A DNA stretch of 64,000 bases from assembly GCA_963702895.1 (NCBI GenBank), contig OY969767.1:1120001-1184000 (forward strand). Direction: 5' to 3'. Origin of the DNA: an uncultured Elusimicrobia bacterium. Its GTDB lineage: Bacteria; Elusimicrobiota; Elusimicrobia; 2-01-FULL-59-12. Shown here piece after piece: positions 47,422-56,398 of this stretch (within the stretch, counting starts at the first letter, position 1; each line of letters starts with the position of its first letter). The notes beneath the pieces were generated by a model that worked only from the letters and a program-made list of their open reading frames with translations, ran no database searches and was not told the origin of the DNA. The translations under genes and the position numbers were made by a program.

Positions 47422-47937
47422 TCATTTCTTTGGCGCGAAGAGTAAGCTTTTGCGGTTGCCTTCCATGGGAACGTCCTGCTCCAGGACCGCGACGTCTGAG
47501 ATTTTTTCTTTGACGCGATCGACCAAGGGATTGGCCTGGTCCGTATGTTCCATTTCACGTCCTCTGAACACAATCGTCAAGCGTACCTTGTCATGTTCCT
47601 TGATGAACTCACGCATATGCTCAATCTTGATCTCGAGGTCATGCGCTCCGATCTTAGGGCGGATGCGGAGTTCTTTAACCTGTCCGCCCTTGTGCTTCTT
47701 CCGGGCTTCCTTTAATTTCTTTTCGCGTTCGTAGCGAAACTTTGAAAAATCCGCCAGCTTGCAGACGGGAGGGTTGTTGAGCGGCGCTATTTCGACGAGG
47801 TCAGTACCCTTGTTTTGGGCAATACGGAGAGCTTCCTCTATCGACTTAATCCCCAATTGTGTGCCATCGACATCAATGAGACGGACATCTCTTGCCCTAA
47901 TCTGATGATTGACGCGCGGTTCCTGTGGCTTACTTAT
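47422..47937 (-). CDS. infC: Translation initiation factor IF-3 (ATA start)
   Basis: RVNHQIRARDVRLID upstream of the track start; DLVEIAP..PPVCK; AGGAGG RBS before the in-frame ATA at 47937. Confidence 0.93.
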   Translation of the reverse strand: MSKPQEPRVNHQIRARDVRLIDVDGTQLGIKSIEEALRIAQNKGTDLVEIAPLNNPPVCKLADFSKFRYEREKKLKEARKKHKGGQVKELRIRPKIGAHDLEIKIEHMREFIKEHDKVRLTIVFRGREMEHTDQANPLVDRVKEKISDVAVLEQDVPMEGNRKSLLFAPKK

Positions 47938-47989
47938 CGGTTTCTATCCTCCTGAATTCATAGATGTTCGAAAACGAAGCTGGATCGTA

Positions 47990-49726
47990 TTAAATTTGTG
48001 ATTCCTTATACAAGAGCGCCTGGACAGCGGAGAGGGTCAGCGTGCCCAGGTTTTCGCCGGTGCGTCGGGCGACCGCGAGGGTCCCCGCCTCCATTTCGCG
48101 GTCGCCCGCGGTGAGGAGCAGCGGTACCTTCTCAAGGAGCGCATCGCGCTTTTTGGCGCCAATCTTCTCGTTGCGCAGGTCGGCCTCAACCCGGAAGCCC
48201 TTGGCGTTCAGATCCTGGGTGAGCTTGGCCGCGAATTCATTCTGCCGGTCCGTGATGGTCAAAACTTTGGCCTGAACGGGAGCCAGCCATAACGGAAACG
48301 CGCCCGCATGCTGTTCAATCAGGATGCCAATGAAGCGCTCGATGGAACCCAGAAGAGCCCGGTGGACCATGATCGCCTGGTGATTTTTCCCGGTCTCGTC
48401 CCGGTAGGTGACATCAAAGCGCTCCGGCAGGTTAAAGTCGACTTGGACCGTGGAGCACTGCCAGTAGCGGCCCAGGCAGTCGCGGATCTTAAGATCGATC
48501 TTCGGGCCGTAGAACGCGCCGCCCCCGGCGTCGATATCGTGCGCGAGCCCTTTCTTTTTCAGCGCCTCGGCCAGCGCCGCCTCGGCGCGATCCCAATTGG
48601 GAATGCTCCCCACGTATTTCTCCGGGCGCGTCGAAAGGGAGACCTGGTAATCGCTGAACCCGAAGGCTTTGAGGACCTCGAGCGTCAGGTTGATGATGTT
48701 TTCCACTTCCTGGGCGAGCTGATCGTCCCGGCAGAAGATGTGCGCGTCATCCTGCGTGAAGCCTCGCACGCGCAGCAGGCCGTGCATAACGCCGCTTCGT
48801 TCATAACGATAGACGGTCCCCATCTCTGTGAGTCGAATGGGAAGCTCGCGGTAGGAATGGAGGTCATGGTTATAGATTTGGATGTGGCCCGGGCAGTTCA
48901 TGGGCTTGAGCAGGTATTCCTGTTCGTCGATCTTCATAGGGCTGAACATGTACTCCCGGTAGAAGTCCCAGTGTCCGGACGTCTTCCAGAGATTGGAATG
49001 CGCGACGTGCGGGGTCACGACGAACTGATAGCCGTTTTGCTCCAGGAGCTTGCGCAGGTACTCCTCGACCAGGCGGCGAAGCGTGGCCCCTTTAGGAAGC
49101 CAGAAGATCAGCCCTGGTCCGATCGTATCGGGCAGAATGGTGAAGAGTCCGAGTTTGGGACCCAACTCCCTATGGTCGCGTTTCTTGGCTTCTTCCAGGC
49201 GCTTGAGGTAGTCTTCAAGATCTTGTTTTGAGGTCCAGGCTGTCCCATAAATGCGCTGCAGCTGCTCGCGCTTCTCGTCTCCGCGCCAATACGAACCGGC
49301 GATCTTCAGCAGCTTAAAGTGACGGATGTCCTTGGTCGATTCGACATGGCCGCCGCGGCAAAGGTCGACGAAGGTGTCATGAGAGCAATGGGTGACGGTG
49401 GGGGCATTCAAATCGTTGATCAATTCGACTTTATACTTCTCCCCCCGGCCGCCCCAGAATTGGCGCGCTTCTTCCGAGGCGTGCGTGCTCATCTTAAAGG
49501 CGTGATTGCCTTCGACAATCTGCCGCATGCGCTTTTCGATCTTCTCCAGATCTTCGGGGACAAAGCGGTGGGCGCTGTCGAAATCGTAATAAAAGCCTTC
49601 CTCGATCGGTGGCCCGATGGTGAGTTTGGTGCCGGGGTAAAGTTCCTGAACGGCCTGCGCCATCACGTGCGCGGCCGAGTGGCGGAGCTTTTCCAGGTAG
49701 AGCTCTTGTTCCGCGTCTTGTGCCAT
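47990..49726 (-). CDS. thrS: Threonine--tRNA ligase (short form, no TGS domain)
   Basis: LRHSAAHVMAQAV, DLCRGGH, KPMNCP, RVRGFTQDDAH, FYGPKID, HRALLGS. Confidence 0.97.
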   Translation of the reverse strand: MAQDAEQELYLEKLRHSAAHVMAQAVQELYPGTKLTIGPPIEEGFYYDFDSAHRFVPEDLEKIEKRMRQIVEGNHAFKMSTHASEEARQFWGGRGEKYKVELINDLNAPTVTHCSHDTFVDLCRGGHVESTKDIRHFKLLKIAGSYWRGDEKREQLQRIYGTAWTSKQDLEDYLKRLEEAKKRDHRELGPKLGLFTILPDTIGPGLIFWLPKGATLRRLVEEYLRKLLEQNGYQFVVTPHVAHSNLWKTSGHWDFYREYMFSPMKIDEQEYLLKPMNCPGHIQIYNHDLHSYRELPIRLTEMGTVYRYERSGVMHGLLRVRGFTQDDAHIFCRDDQLAQEVENIINLTLEVLKAFGFSDYQVSLSTRPEKYVGSIPNWDRAEAALAEALKKKGLAHDIDAGGGAFYGPKIDLKIRDCLGRYWQCSTVQVDFNLPERFDVTYRDETGKNHQAIMVHRALLGSIERFIGILIEQHAGAFPLWLAPVQAKVLTITDRQNEFAAKLTQDLNAKGFRVEADLRNEKIGAKKRDALLEKVPLLLTAGDREMEAGTLAVARRTGENLGTLTLSAVQALLYKESQI

Positions 49727-49728
49727 CG

Positions 49729-50334
49729 CTACTTTTTGGCGAGTGCCTCTCCCACGCGGCCGACGAGGTTTGCCCCGGGTTTGAGCGTCGCCGATCCGGT
49801 TTTCCAATTGGCCGGGCAGGCTTCTTCGGGGTGCTTGGCGAGATAGGCGTTGGCCTGCACCTTGCGCAGAAGCTCATCCGCATTGCGGCCGACGTTGTAG
49901 AAGTTCACTTCGGAATTCACGAGGCGTCCTTCCGGGCTGATGATGAAGCTGCCGCGAAGGGCGAGGCCCGTCGCTTCGTCATAGACGCCAAAGAGGCGCG
50001 ACACGGTGCCTGTCGTATCGGCGCCCATCAGGTAGCGCACGCCGCCCAGGAGCTTTTCCTCGCGCCGCCAGGCGAGGTGCACAAACTTGTTGTCCGTGGA
50101 AACGGAGATGACGGTCGCCCCCGACTTCTGGAGCTGGTCGTGCTTCTCGGCGAGGTCCGCCAATTCCGTCGGGCACACAAACGTGTAGTCCGCAGGATAG
50201 AACACGAGGACCGTCCACTGCCCTTTGGCTTTCAGGTCATCGAGCGAGATCTTTCCAAAATCCGACCGCGCGGGGTCGTAGACATCCAGTTCAAACGATG
50301 GCACGAGTTCTCCGACTTTGACGGAATTCTGCAT
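49729..50334 (-). CDS. ahpC: 2-Cys peroxiredoxin (AhpC family)
   Basis: FYPADYTFVCPTE, GRNADE, ACPANW. Confidence 0.93.
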   Translation of the reverse strand: MQNSVKVGELVPSFELDVYDPARSDFGKISLDDLKAKGQWTVLVFYPADYTFVCPTELADLAEKHDQLQKSGATVISVSTDNKFVHLAWRREEKLLGGVRYLMGADTTGTVSRLFGVYDEATGLALRGSFIISPEGRLVNSEVNFYNVGRNADELLRKVQANAYLAKHPEEACPANWKTGSATLKPGANLVGRVGEALAKK

Positions 50335-50419
50335 GGGTGCATCCTCCTTGCTGAAGAGGCCAATAGAGCCATCGGCCTAAGGTCGTTATTATAAGCGATT
50401 TTGGACGGGGTTGGTGTTC

Positions 50420-50503
50420 GGTTCAGAGCTGTCAGAAATCGGCTCAGAGTTCAGAGTTTGTCTAGGTCCCTGAGCGCTGAGTTGATTTCTGGCCTTTCTG
50501 AGC
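50420..50503. repeat. Heptamer (TCAGARY) inverted array upstream of the four-helix-bundle gene
   Basis: ttcagagc/gtcagaaa/ctcagagt/ttcagagt ... ctgagcg/ctgagtt/ctgagct. Confidence 0.65.
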
Positions 50504-50658
50504 TGGCAGCACATCTGGTCCGCGCATCACTCCGCGCTAAGAGATCAAAAATCTTTTGGGATTCTGATCGATCTGTTTGTCCATGGTCAAACAAGAGTGA
50601 ATAAAGTATGGGATTTTGCATCTAAGGGATAGAAGTAACTATTCCACAGGAGGAAGAC

Positions 50659-51069
50659 ATGCAAAACCAAGAGAGGTTTCAGGAGAAGTTTCTCGAATTT
50701 GGGGCAGAAATCGCAACTTTAGTCAGCCAGCTCTCACGAACGACGCCCAGCCGTCAAATCGCCGATCAATTGCTCAGAAGTGGCACTTCGGTAGGGGCCA
50801 ATATTCACGAGGCGCAATCGGCAGAATCGAGGGCTGATTTCATTCATAAACTCCAGATTGGACTGAAGGAAATTCGAGAAACGTCATACTGGCTGGCGAT
50901 TGTTGATAAATCAGGATTGCTCAAAGGCCATTTGCTGGACCATGCTATGAGTCGCTGTCAAGATTTGACGGCAATTCTAGCGAGGTCGGTGATAACGGCT
51001 AAGTCAAAGATTCCAGCTCAGAGACACCAGAACTCGACTCAGAACTCAGAGAGCTATTCAGATCTCTGA
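50659..51069 (+). CDS. Four-helix-bundle protein (23S rRNA IVP / TIGR02436-like)
   Basis: QLLRSGTSVGANIHEAQSAESRADFIHKLQIGLKEIRETSYWL; AGGAGG RBS. Confidence 0.93.
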   Translation: MQNQERFQEKFLEFGAEIATLVSQLSRTTPSRQIADQLLRSGTSVGANIHEAQSAESRADFIHKLQIGLKEIRETSYWLAIVDKSGLLKGHLLDHAMSRCQDLTAILARSVITAKSKIPAQRHQNSTQNSESYSDL

Positions 51070-51090
51070 GCTCTGAGTTCTGAACTGTTC

Positions 51091-51690
51091 AAATCTGCCC
51101 GGTACAGGACTCCCCTAAACTGCCCTCAACTCAGAGATCTCAGAACTCAACTCAGAGCTCAGAGCGATAATCAGATCTCTGAGTCCTGAGTTCTGAGCTC
51201 TGAGCTGATCAAATCTGCCCGGTACAGGACTTCCCTAAACTGCCCTCAACTCAGAGATCTCAGAACTCAACTCAGAGCTCAGAGCGATAATCAGATCTCT
51301 GAGTCCTGAGTTCTGAGCTCTGAGCTGATCAAATCTGCCCGGTACAGGACTTCCCTAAACTGCCCTCAACTCAGAGATCTCAGAACTCAACTCAGAGCTC
51401 AGAGCGATAATCAGATCTCTGAGTCCTGAGTTCTGAGCTCTGAGCTGATCAAATCTGCCCGGTACAGGACTTCCCTAAACTGCCCTCAACTCAGAGATCT
51501 CAGAACTCAACTCAGAGCTCAGAGCGATAATCAGATCTCTGAGTCCTGAGTTCTGAGCTCTGAGCTGATCAAATCTGCCCGGTACAGGACTTCCCTAAAC
51601 TGCCCTCAACTCAGAGATCTCAGAACTCAACTCAGAGCTCAGAGCGATAATCAGATCTCTGAGTCCTGAGTTCTGAGCTCTGAGCTGATC
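51091..51690. repeat. Tandem array of five 120-bp units, each with 16-17 nt of the tRNA-Val 3' end plus a heptamer hairpin
   Basis: Units start at 51091, 51211, 51331, 51451 and 51571; all identical except one base in the first; the sixth start (51691) runs into the tRNA itself. Confidence 0.95.
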
Positions 51691-51695
51691 AAATC

Positions 51696-51769
51696 TGCCC
51701 GGTACAGGACTTGAACCTGTGACCCCTTCCATGTCAAGGAAGTACTCTAGCCAGCTGAGCTAACCGGGC
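51696..51769 (-). tRNA. tRNA-Val (GAC)
   Basis: GCCCGGT acceptor, TAGCTCAG D-arm, CTTCC-TTGACAT-GGAAG anticodon arm, GGTTCAAGTCC; no encoded CCA. Confidence 0.96.
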
Positions 51770-51820
51770 GTAAATCGTTATAGGTTACTGTCAAGGATTT
51801 TACTTTACTTTTTTGTTTTT

Positions 51821-51871
51821 TGGTGCCTGTCCCAGCAAGTGTTCTATTTTTTAGATTTGTGACAGGCACCA
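51821..51871. repeat. Inverted repeat TGGTGCCTGTC...GACAGGCACCA (REP-like)
   Basis: 11-bp perfect arms around an AT-rich spacer. Confidence 0.6.
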
Positions 51872-51963
51872 GTCACCCAAAGCCTTGGCGAAGGCGGAAG
51901 CTCAGCGGACGAAAACGAAAGTGAGCCGATCAATTCCGCAAGAGCCGACAATAGATTAGCAAT

Positions 51964-52116
51964 TCACGGTCGCGTGGGTGTTGGTGCCTGGAAAGGCGCT
52001 TGAGGTGTCATCGCCGACGGTGAAGGAGATTCTGAAATCGGGATCGGCGTGGTTTCACATCCGCAAAGAAATGAAAGCCCCGCCATGGCTACCACGATCA
52101 GCGCCCGTCGCCTCAT
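51964..52116 (-). CDS. Small putative lipoprotein
   Basis: MRRRALIVVAMAGLSFLCGC lipobox; Pro-rich tail. Confidence 0.55.
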   Translation of the reverse strand: MRRRALIVVAMAGLSFLCGCETTPIPISESPSPSAMTPQAPFQAPTPTRP

Positions 52117-52148
52117 AAGCGCATTATAGACAGGTTTTAGCCGTGCTG

Positions 52149-53999
52149 CTAGGCAGCTAGCGTTTGGGGGTCGCCTTGGTCGCCCGCGATGCGGACAGGG
52201 AGCGAAAATGAAATCGTGGTACCTCGTCCGAGGCCTTCGGAACGAGCGCGGATCGTTCCTCCATGAGCGCAAACAATTTCTTTGCAAATCGCAAGGCCGA
52301 GTCCGAGGCCTTGCGCGCTCGTCGAGCCTCCGGGTGACACCTGGAAAAACTTCTCGAAGACACGCTCTTGCGCTTCCCGAGCAAGCCCCACACCTGTGTC
52401 TTCCACATCGATCCAGAGGGTTTCCTGCTCCACACGCGCTCGGACGCTGACGCGCCCTTCCTCAGGGGTGAACTTGAGGGCGTTAAAAATCAGGTTCCAG
52501 ATGACTTGGCGAATACGAGCTCCATCCAAATAGAGCCTGTAATGCGTCGGCGCGATGTCCATCACCAGACGCAGCGTGAGGTTTCGCTCTTGGGCCTCGA
52601 TCTTGGCCTTGTCCACTTCTTCCTGTATCAACTGGGTGATGTCGACGGCGCTCTTATGAATGGTCAATCTGTCCTTTTCCATACGGGCCAGGTCAACCAA
52701 GTCTTCGACCATCCGTTCCTGAAGCTGTACCTGCCTTTCCATCTGGCCAATCAGGTCAAGCTGGTTCGCGGTGAGCGGTCCGCCTTGCTGCAGTTTGAGA
52801 ACCTCGCAGAAACCCCGGATCCCCGTGAGGGGGCCGCGGAGGTCGTGACTGACCAGCGACAGAAAATGAGATTTCAATTTATTGATTTCGTTGAGTTGGT
52901 CTATATCGAGGCGGCTCTTCTGATGCAAACGGGCGTTCTCGATCGCGAGCGCAGCCTGTCTGCCGAAACTGACCAGAAAATCGATCTCGCGCGGCAGGAA
53001 GGTCCGAGGTGTTTCTGTGGTCATGGCGTTGATCACACCCAAAGGCGTGTTGCTCATGGTAAAAACAGGAACACAGATCAGGGACCTCACCGATCGAGAG
53101 CCTGCCAGATAATGCGGGTCCCCCATCGCATACTCGGCCCAATACGGGTTCCCCGTTTTGAGCGCCCATCCCGCCATGCCTTCCCCCATGGCAAGACGCA
53201 AGGGGCTCTCGATTTTGAAATCTCCGCCCCGCGCCCACTGCGTTTGAAGGACTTTCGCCTGGTGATCCCACAACATGAGGGAGGCACGGTCGACGTTGAG
53301 GATGCCCAAGACGCTGTCGAGGATATGAACGGTCGTCTCTTCGATGCCTTGGGTCGATCCGCTAAAAGTTGCCAGCGCCGCTGCCCCCACTTCGAAAGAA
53401 AAGCGAAGGTCCCCGAGTTTTTCTCCGAGCCGATGAAAGAGAGCGTGGCGCTGCAGCGTGAGCGCGATGGCGTGCGTGAGAGTTCTAAAGAGGTGTGTTT
53501 CTTCTTCGTGCCAGGAGTTCCCGGAGTAGCTTCCGAGAAACAGAACGCCAAAATTGACCTCCTCACTCAAGAGCGGTATGCAGAGATGCCGGGTGTAATT
53601 GAATTGTTCGCTCGCGCAGGGCTCGCCGCTGCTTTGGGTGTAACCAAACGGCGCTTTGCAGACGTAGGCGGGACATCCCGACATGGGAAGGTGCTGGGGA
53701 GAGCCTGGTCGCTTGGCGGGGTGTTCGCCGTACCCTTGCATTGTTTTCCAGGCGGGATTGGCGATCCAAAGGCGTGAGTGTACCCCGAAGGGACCGAGGA
53801 CTTGGCGAAGCTCCGAGAGCAGCCGCCGATAGAGGTCTTGGTCCGAGAGTTCGGGCGGTAAAGCGTTCAGGGACTCGAGGAACCGGACGACCGTTTGAAA
53901 GCCAAGGACGCTGGGTTTGGTTGAGGAAGTTGTCTTACGGACAAGCCTTGCCAGGCTGATTGACAGAAGGAGAATAGCGGTCAGGCCAAGCAGGATCAT
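52149..53999 (-). CDS. GAF-domain sensor histidine kinase
   Basis: Two GAF-like regions, SHDLRGPLT, NLIFNALKFT, DTGVG, GLGLGL. Confidence 0.92.
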   Translation of the reverse strand: MILLGLTAILLLSISLARLVRKTTSSTKPSVLGFQTVVRFLESLNALPPELSDQDLYRRLLSELRQVLGPFGVHSRLWIANPAWKTMQGYGEHPAKRPGSPQHLPMSGCPAYVCKAPFGYTQSSGEPCASEQFNYTRHLCIPLLSEEVNFGVLFLGSYSGNSWHEEETHLFRTLTHAIALTLQRHALFHRLGEKLGDLRFSFEVGAAALATFSGSTQGIEETTVHILDSVLGILNVDRASLMLWDHQAKVLQTQWARGGDFKIESPLRLAMGEGMAGWALKTGNPYWAEYAMGDPHYLAGSRSVRSLICVPVFTMSNTPLGVINAMTTETPRTFLPREIDFLVSFGRQAALAIENARLHQKSRLDIDQLNEINKLKSHFLSLVSHDLRGPLTGIRGFCEVLKLQQGGPLTANQLDLIGQMERQVQLQERMVEDLVDLARMEKDRLTIHKSAVDITQLIQEEVDKAKIEAQERNLTLRLVMDIAPTHYRLYLDGARIRQVIWNLIFNALKFTPEEGRVSVRARVEQETLWIDVEDTGVGLAREAQERVFEKFFQVSPGGSTSAQGLGLGLAICKEIVCAHGGTIRARSEGLGRGTTISFSLPVRIAGDQGDPQTLAA

Positions 54000-54445
54000 G
54001 CGGCAAGGAGTCGTTCCACCTCTCGATAGAGGTCTTTCGCGTAAAAGGGTTTGGTGAGATAGCCTGCGCCCCCCACCTCTCTTCCGGTCATGAGGTCTTC
54101 CTTTTCTTTGCAGCTCGTGAGGAAGAGGACGGGCGTTTCCTGGCCGCGCTCTTCTTGAGTCTTGATGACGCGGCACAGTTCAAAGCCGTTGATCCAAGGC
54201 AGCATGACGTCCATGATCACGAGTTTCGGCTGGTGGCGTTGGAGCAGTTCAGGGAGCTGGACGCCGGTGGAGGCCAAAATCACGGTATAGCGCGTATTCA
54301 GGAGCTCCAGGATGATCCTACGGACCACCGGATCATCGTCTACGACTAAAATCTTGTGGCGTTCGGAGTGGGCTCCTTTGGCTTCATCGGGCATATTGCT
54401 GGTCACGGTCTGTTCTACGGAAGATGTCTCTGGGCCCTGGGCCAT
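53996..54445 (-). CDS. Response regulator (receiver domain)
   Basis: ILVVDDD, MDVMLP..GFELC, FLTS, TKPF. Confidence 0.92.
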   Translation of the reverse strand: MAQGPETSSVEQTVTSNMPDEAKGAHSERHKILVVDDDPVVRRIILELLNTRYTVILASTGVQLPELLQRHQPKLVIMDVMLPWINGFELCRVIKTQEERGQETPVLFLTSCKEKEDLMTGREVGGAGYLTKPFYAKDLYREVERLLAA

Positions 54446-54556
54446 GGTCGCCTCCTAAATCCCTTCTAATTATAGATGTGTTTCTTCCTTATACCTAAAT
54501 GCATCGATCGCCGTATTTGAAATGTATCTAGCCCCCGAAGAGGGGATTGTCAATGT

Positions 54557-55687
54557 CTAATTTGGGGTGTTTATCGTCGTAGAACTTACGGCTGGGGTCG
54601 GTAATTCTCGGATGGCATCCAAGGTATAGCGGCAGCTGGCATTCCAAAGGGTCCAGTTCATCACTCCCTGATCGGCTGCGGCCTGGATTTGCGCGCGAAC
54701 CTCCTTGGTTCGATAGGGTATTCCACGGCCTTTGAGTGAAAAATCCTGCAGATAGGGACGCAACTTATGCGCTGAAGATGGTCCCAGAAGCTTGAGAGCG
54801 TCGCGCATCGCGTAAGAAACAGTGCGATAGGGCTCGTCATTGGGGTTTTTGATGCCATATTCTCCCGGCGCATAATGAGAAGGATAGGTCATGGGACAAA
54901 CATAATCTACATACTCCGCCATCGGAACAAGCAATTGACCGATTCCCATCCCGGACATGTCCGAGGTGGTCAGACCAAACACATCAATCGAAATCTTGGC
55001 GCCCAAGGGATTCAAGAGCTGTCTGGCTTCCCGCAGAAAGCTGACAAGAGCCGCCGAAGCGGCGCGACGTGAGTAGGGTTTAGAAAACCGCATGATACCC
55101 AGGGCTCCATCTGTTGGGAAACGAATATAGTCATACTGGATCTCATCGAACCCAATCTTGGCTGCCTCCAGAGAAATGAGATGGATGTACCGCCAGGATT
55201 CCGGGTTGTAGGGGTCGAGCCAGGTCATGCGTTTCCTGTCGAACCATAAGCTACCATATTGATTGTGCACGCCGACGGAAGGGTTCTTTCTCGGCATGAG
55301 GTTGTCTTTGAACACCACGATTCGTGCCACGGTATAAATCTTCCGCTCTTTGAGGTGCGCAAGCCATCCGGAAAGATCCGGAATAATTCGGCGATAGGCG
55401 CCCTGACGCTCCGCCATTTTCACGCCAGGCACATAGACTTCGCCGCGCTCATCCTTAATATCGATGACCACGGCATTAAGAACCGTGCTCTCGAGCATGC
55501 GGTCTAATTTTTCACGGTAACGCATGGAGCCCGCGGCGTCAGCGGTGATATGAATGGCTCGCACGGATGGAAGCGTTGAGGTGTCGACGTCAAGAGAAAA
55601 ACTCGTGGCGGGAGATGAATCACCATCGGTGTGCGCTACGCTGGCGCATAAAAGGGCGCAGGGAAGAAACCATAAAAGTTGTTTCAT
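54557..55687 (-). CDS. Putative glycoside hydrolase (DUF4015-like)
   Basis: NAVVIDIKD, ARIVVFKD, GFDEIQYDYIRFP, PMTYPSHY, RPYLQDF; signal peptide. Confidence 0.88.
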   Translation of the reverse strand: MKQLLWFLPCALLCASVAHTDGDSSPATSFSLDVDTSTLPSVRAIHITADAAGSMRYREKLDRMLESTVLNAVVIDIKDERGEVYVPGVKMAERQGAYRRIIPDLSGWLAHLKERKIYTVARIVVFKDNLMPRKNPSVGVHNQYGSLWFDRKRMTWLDPYNPESWRYIHLISLEAAKIGFDEIQYDYIRFPTDGALGIMRFSKPYSRRAASAALVSFLREARQLLNPLGAKISIDVFGLTTSDMSGMGIGQLLVPMAEYVDYVCPMTYPSHYAPGEYGIKNPNDEPYRTVSYAMRDALKLLGPSSAHKLRPYLQDFSLKGRGIPYRTKEVRAQIQAAADQGVMNWTLWNASCRYTLDAIRELPTPAVSSTTINTPN

Positions 55688-55789
55688 AAGGGATGGAGGG
55701 TTACAAGGAGGAACCGAAGCAAGCCATAGACCCAACGGGCGCTAGATCATCTGTGGGTTGGCGGCCTATCACAAAAGGAACAAAGCTTC

Positions 55790-56000
55790 CAGAGGGTGAA
55801 GGCGCGCCACTGAGTCGTTGGCGCGTCCGCCTGGCAGTTGTGGCGGAGAACCGAGCGCCAGACACCTGGCGCTCGGTCGCCGGTTGTGTGGCGACCGAAC
55901 CCAAAAGGATGGGCCCTACAGCGGGTGAAGGGAATCGTCCGCCAGACGACCGGCGGACGGTCGCCTGTTGTGTGGCGACCGAACCCAAAAGGATGGGCCC
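55790..56000. repeat. tRNA-Gly 3' fragments interleaved with CGCC(A)..TGGCG mini-hairpin doublets; 84-bp period duplication
   Basis: 55874-55937 is repeated at 55958-56021; the T-arm gggaatcg|gaaccc is split by the hairpin doublet 55938-55980. Confidence 0.75.
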
Positions 56001-56003
56001 TAC

Positions 56004-56074
56004 AGCGGGTGAAGGGAATCGAACCCTCGTCTCAACCTTGGCAAGGTCGCATTCTACCATTGAACCACACCCGC
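56004..56074 (-). tRNA. tRNA-Gly (GCC), copy 1
   Basis: GCGGGTG acceptor, GACC-TTGCCAA-GGTT anticodon arm, GGTTCGATTCC; no encoded CCA. Confidence 0.95.
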
Positions 56075-56398
56075 TGTAGGGCCCCTTAAACTCGTCTCAA
56101 CCTTGGCAAGAATACGCCCACCCTTTCGACCTTTATGTGATTTGCTCCGTTTCACGCTTCGATTTTATCACATGGGCCTAAAGTTGTTGGTGAAAGAATT
56201 GGTGAAGATTTCCCCCCGCATCATCGGCCATCTTCTCAGGGAGGGCCTGCTTCACCCCGCGCCATCTTTTTAGAACGGGATGACGCACTGATCGGATAGC
56301 TGATCGGCAAGAGAATAACATGAGTTCTATAAACCGTTTCAGCTCCAATTCAGCATTTATCCAGGCGAATTCATCAAACCTCACGACCAGCACGTTAA

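Noticed and set aside
50659..51069. Diversity-generating retroelement or 23S rRNA intervening sequence
   Set aside because: No reverse transcriptase, no TR/VR pair with A-specific mismatches, and no rRNA in the window.
51091..51690. CRISPR array interpretation of the 120-bp repeats
   Set aside because: Units are identical throughout with no variable spacers, and no cas genes are present in the window.
55693..56089. ORFs with an internal 28-aa repeat
   Set aside because: They translate the 84-bp tRNA-fragment duplication and overlap tRNA-Gly.
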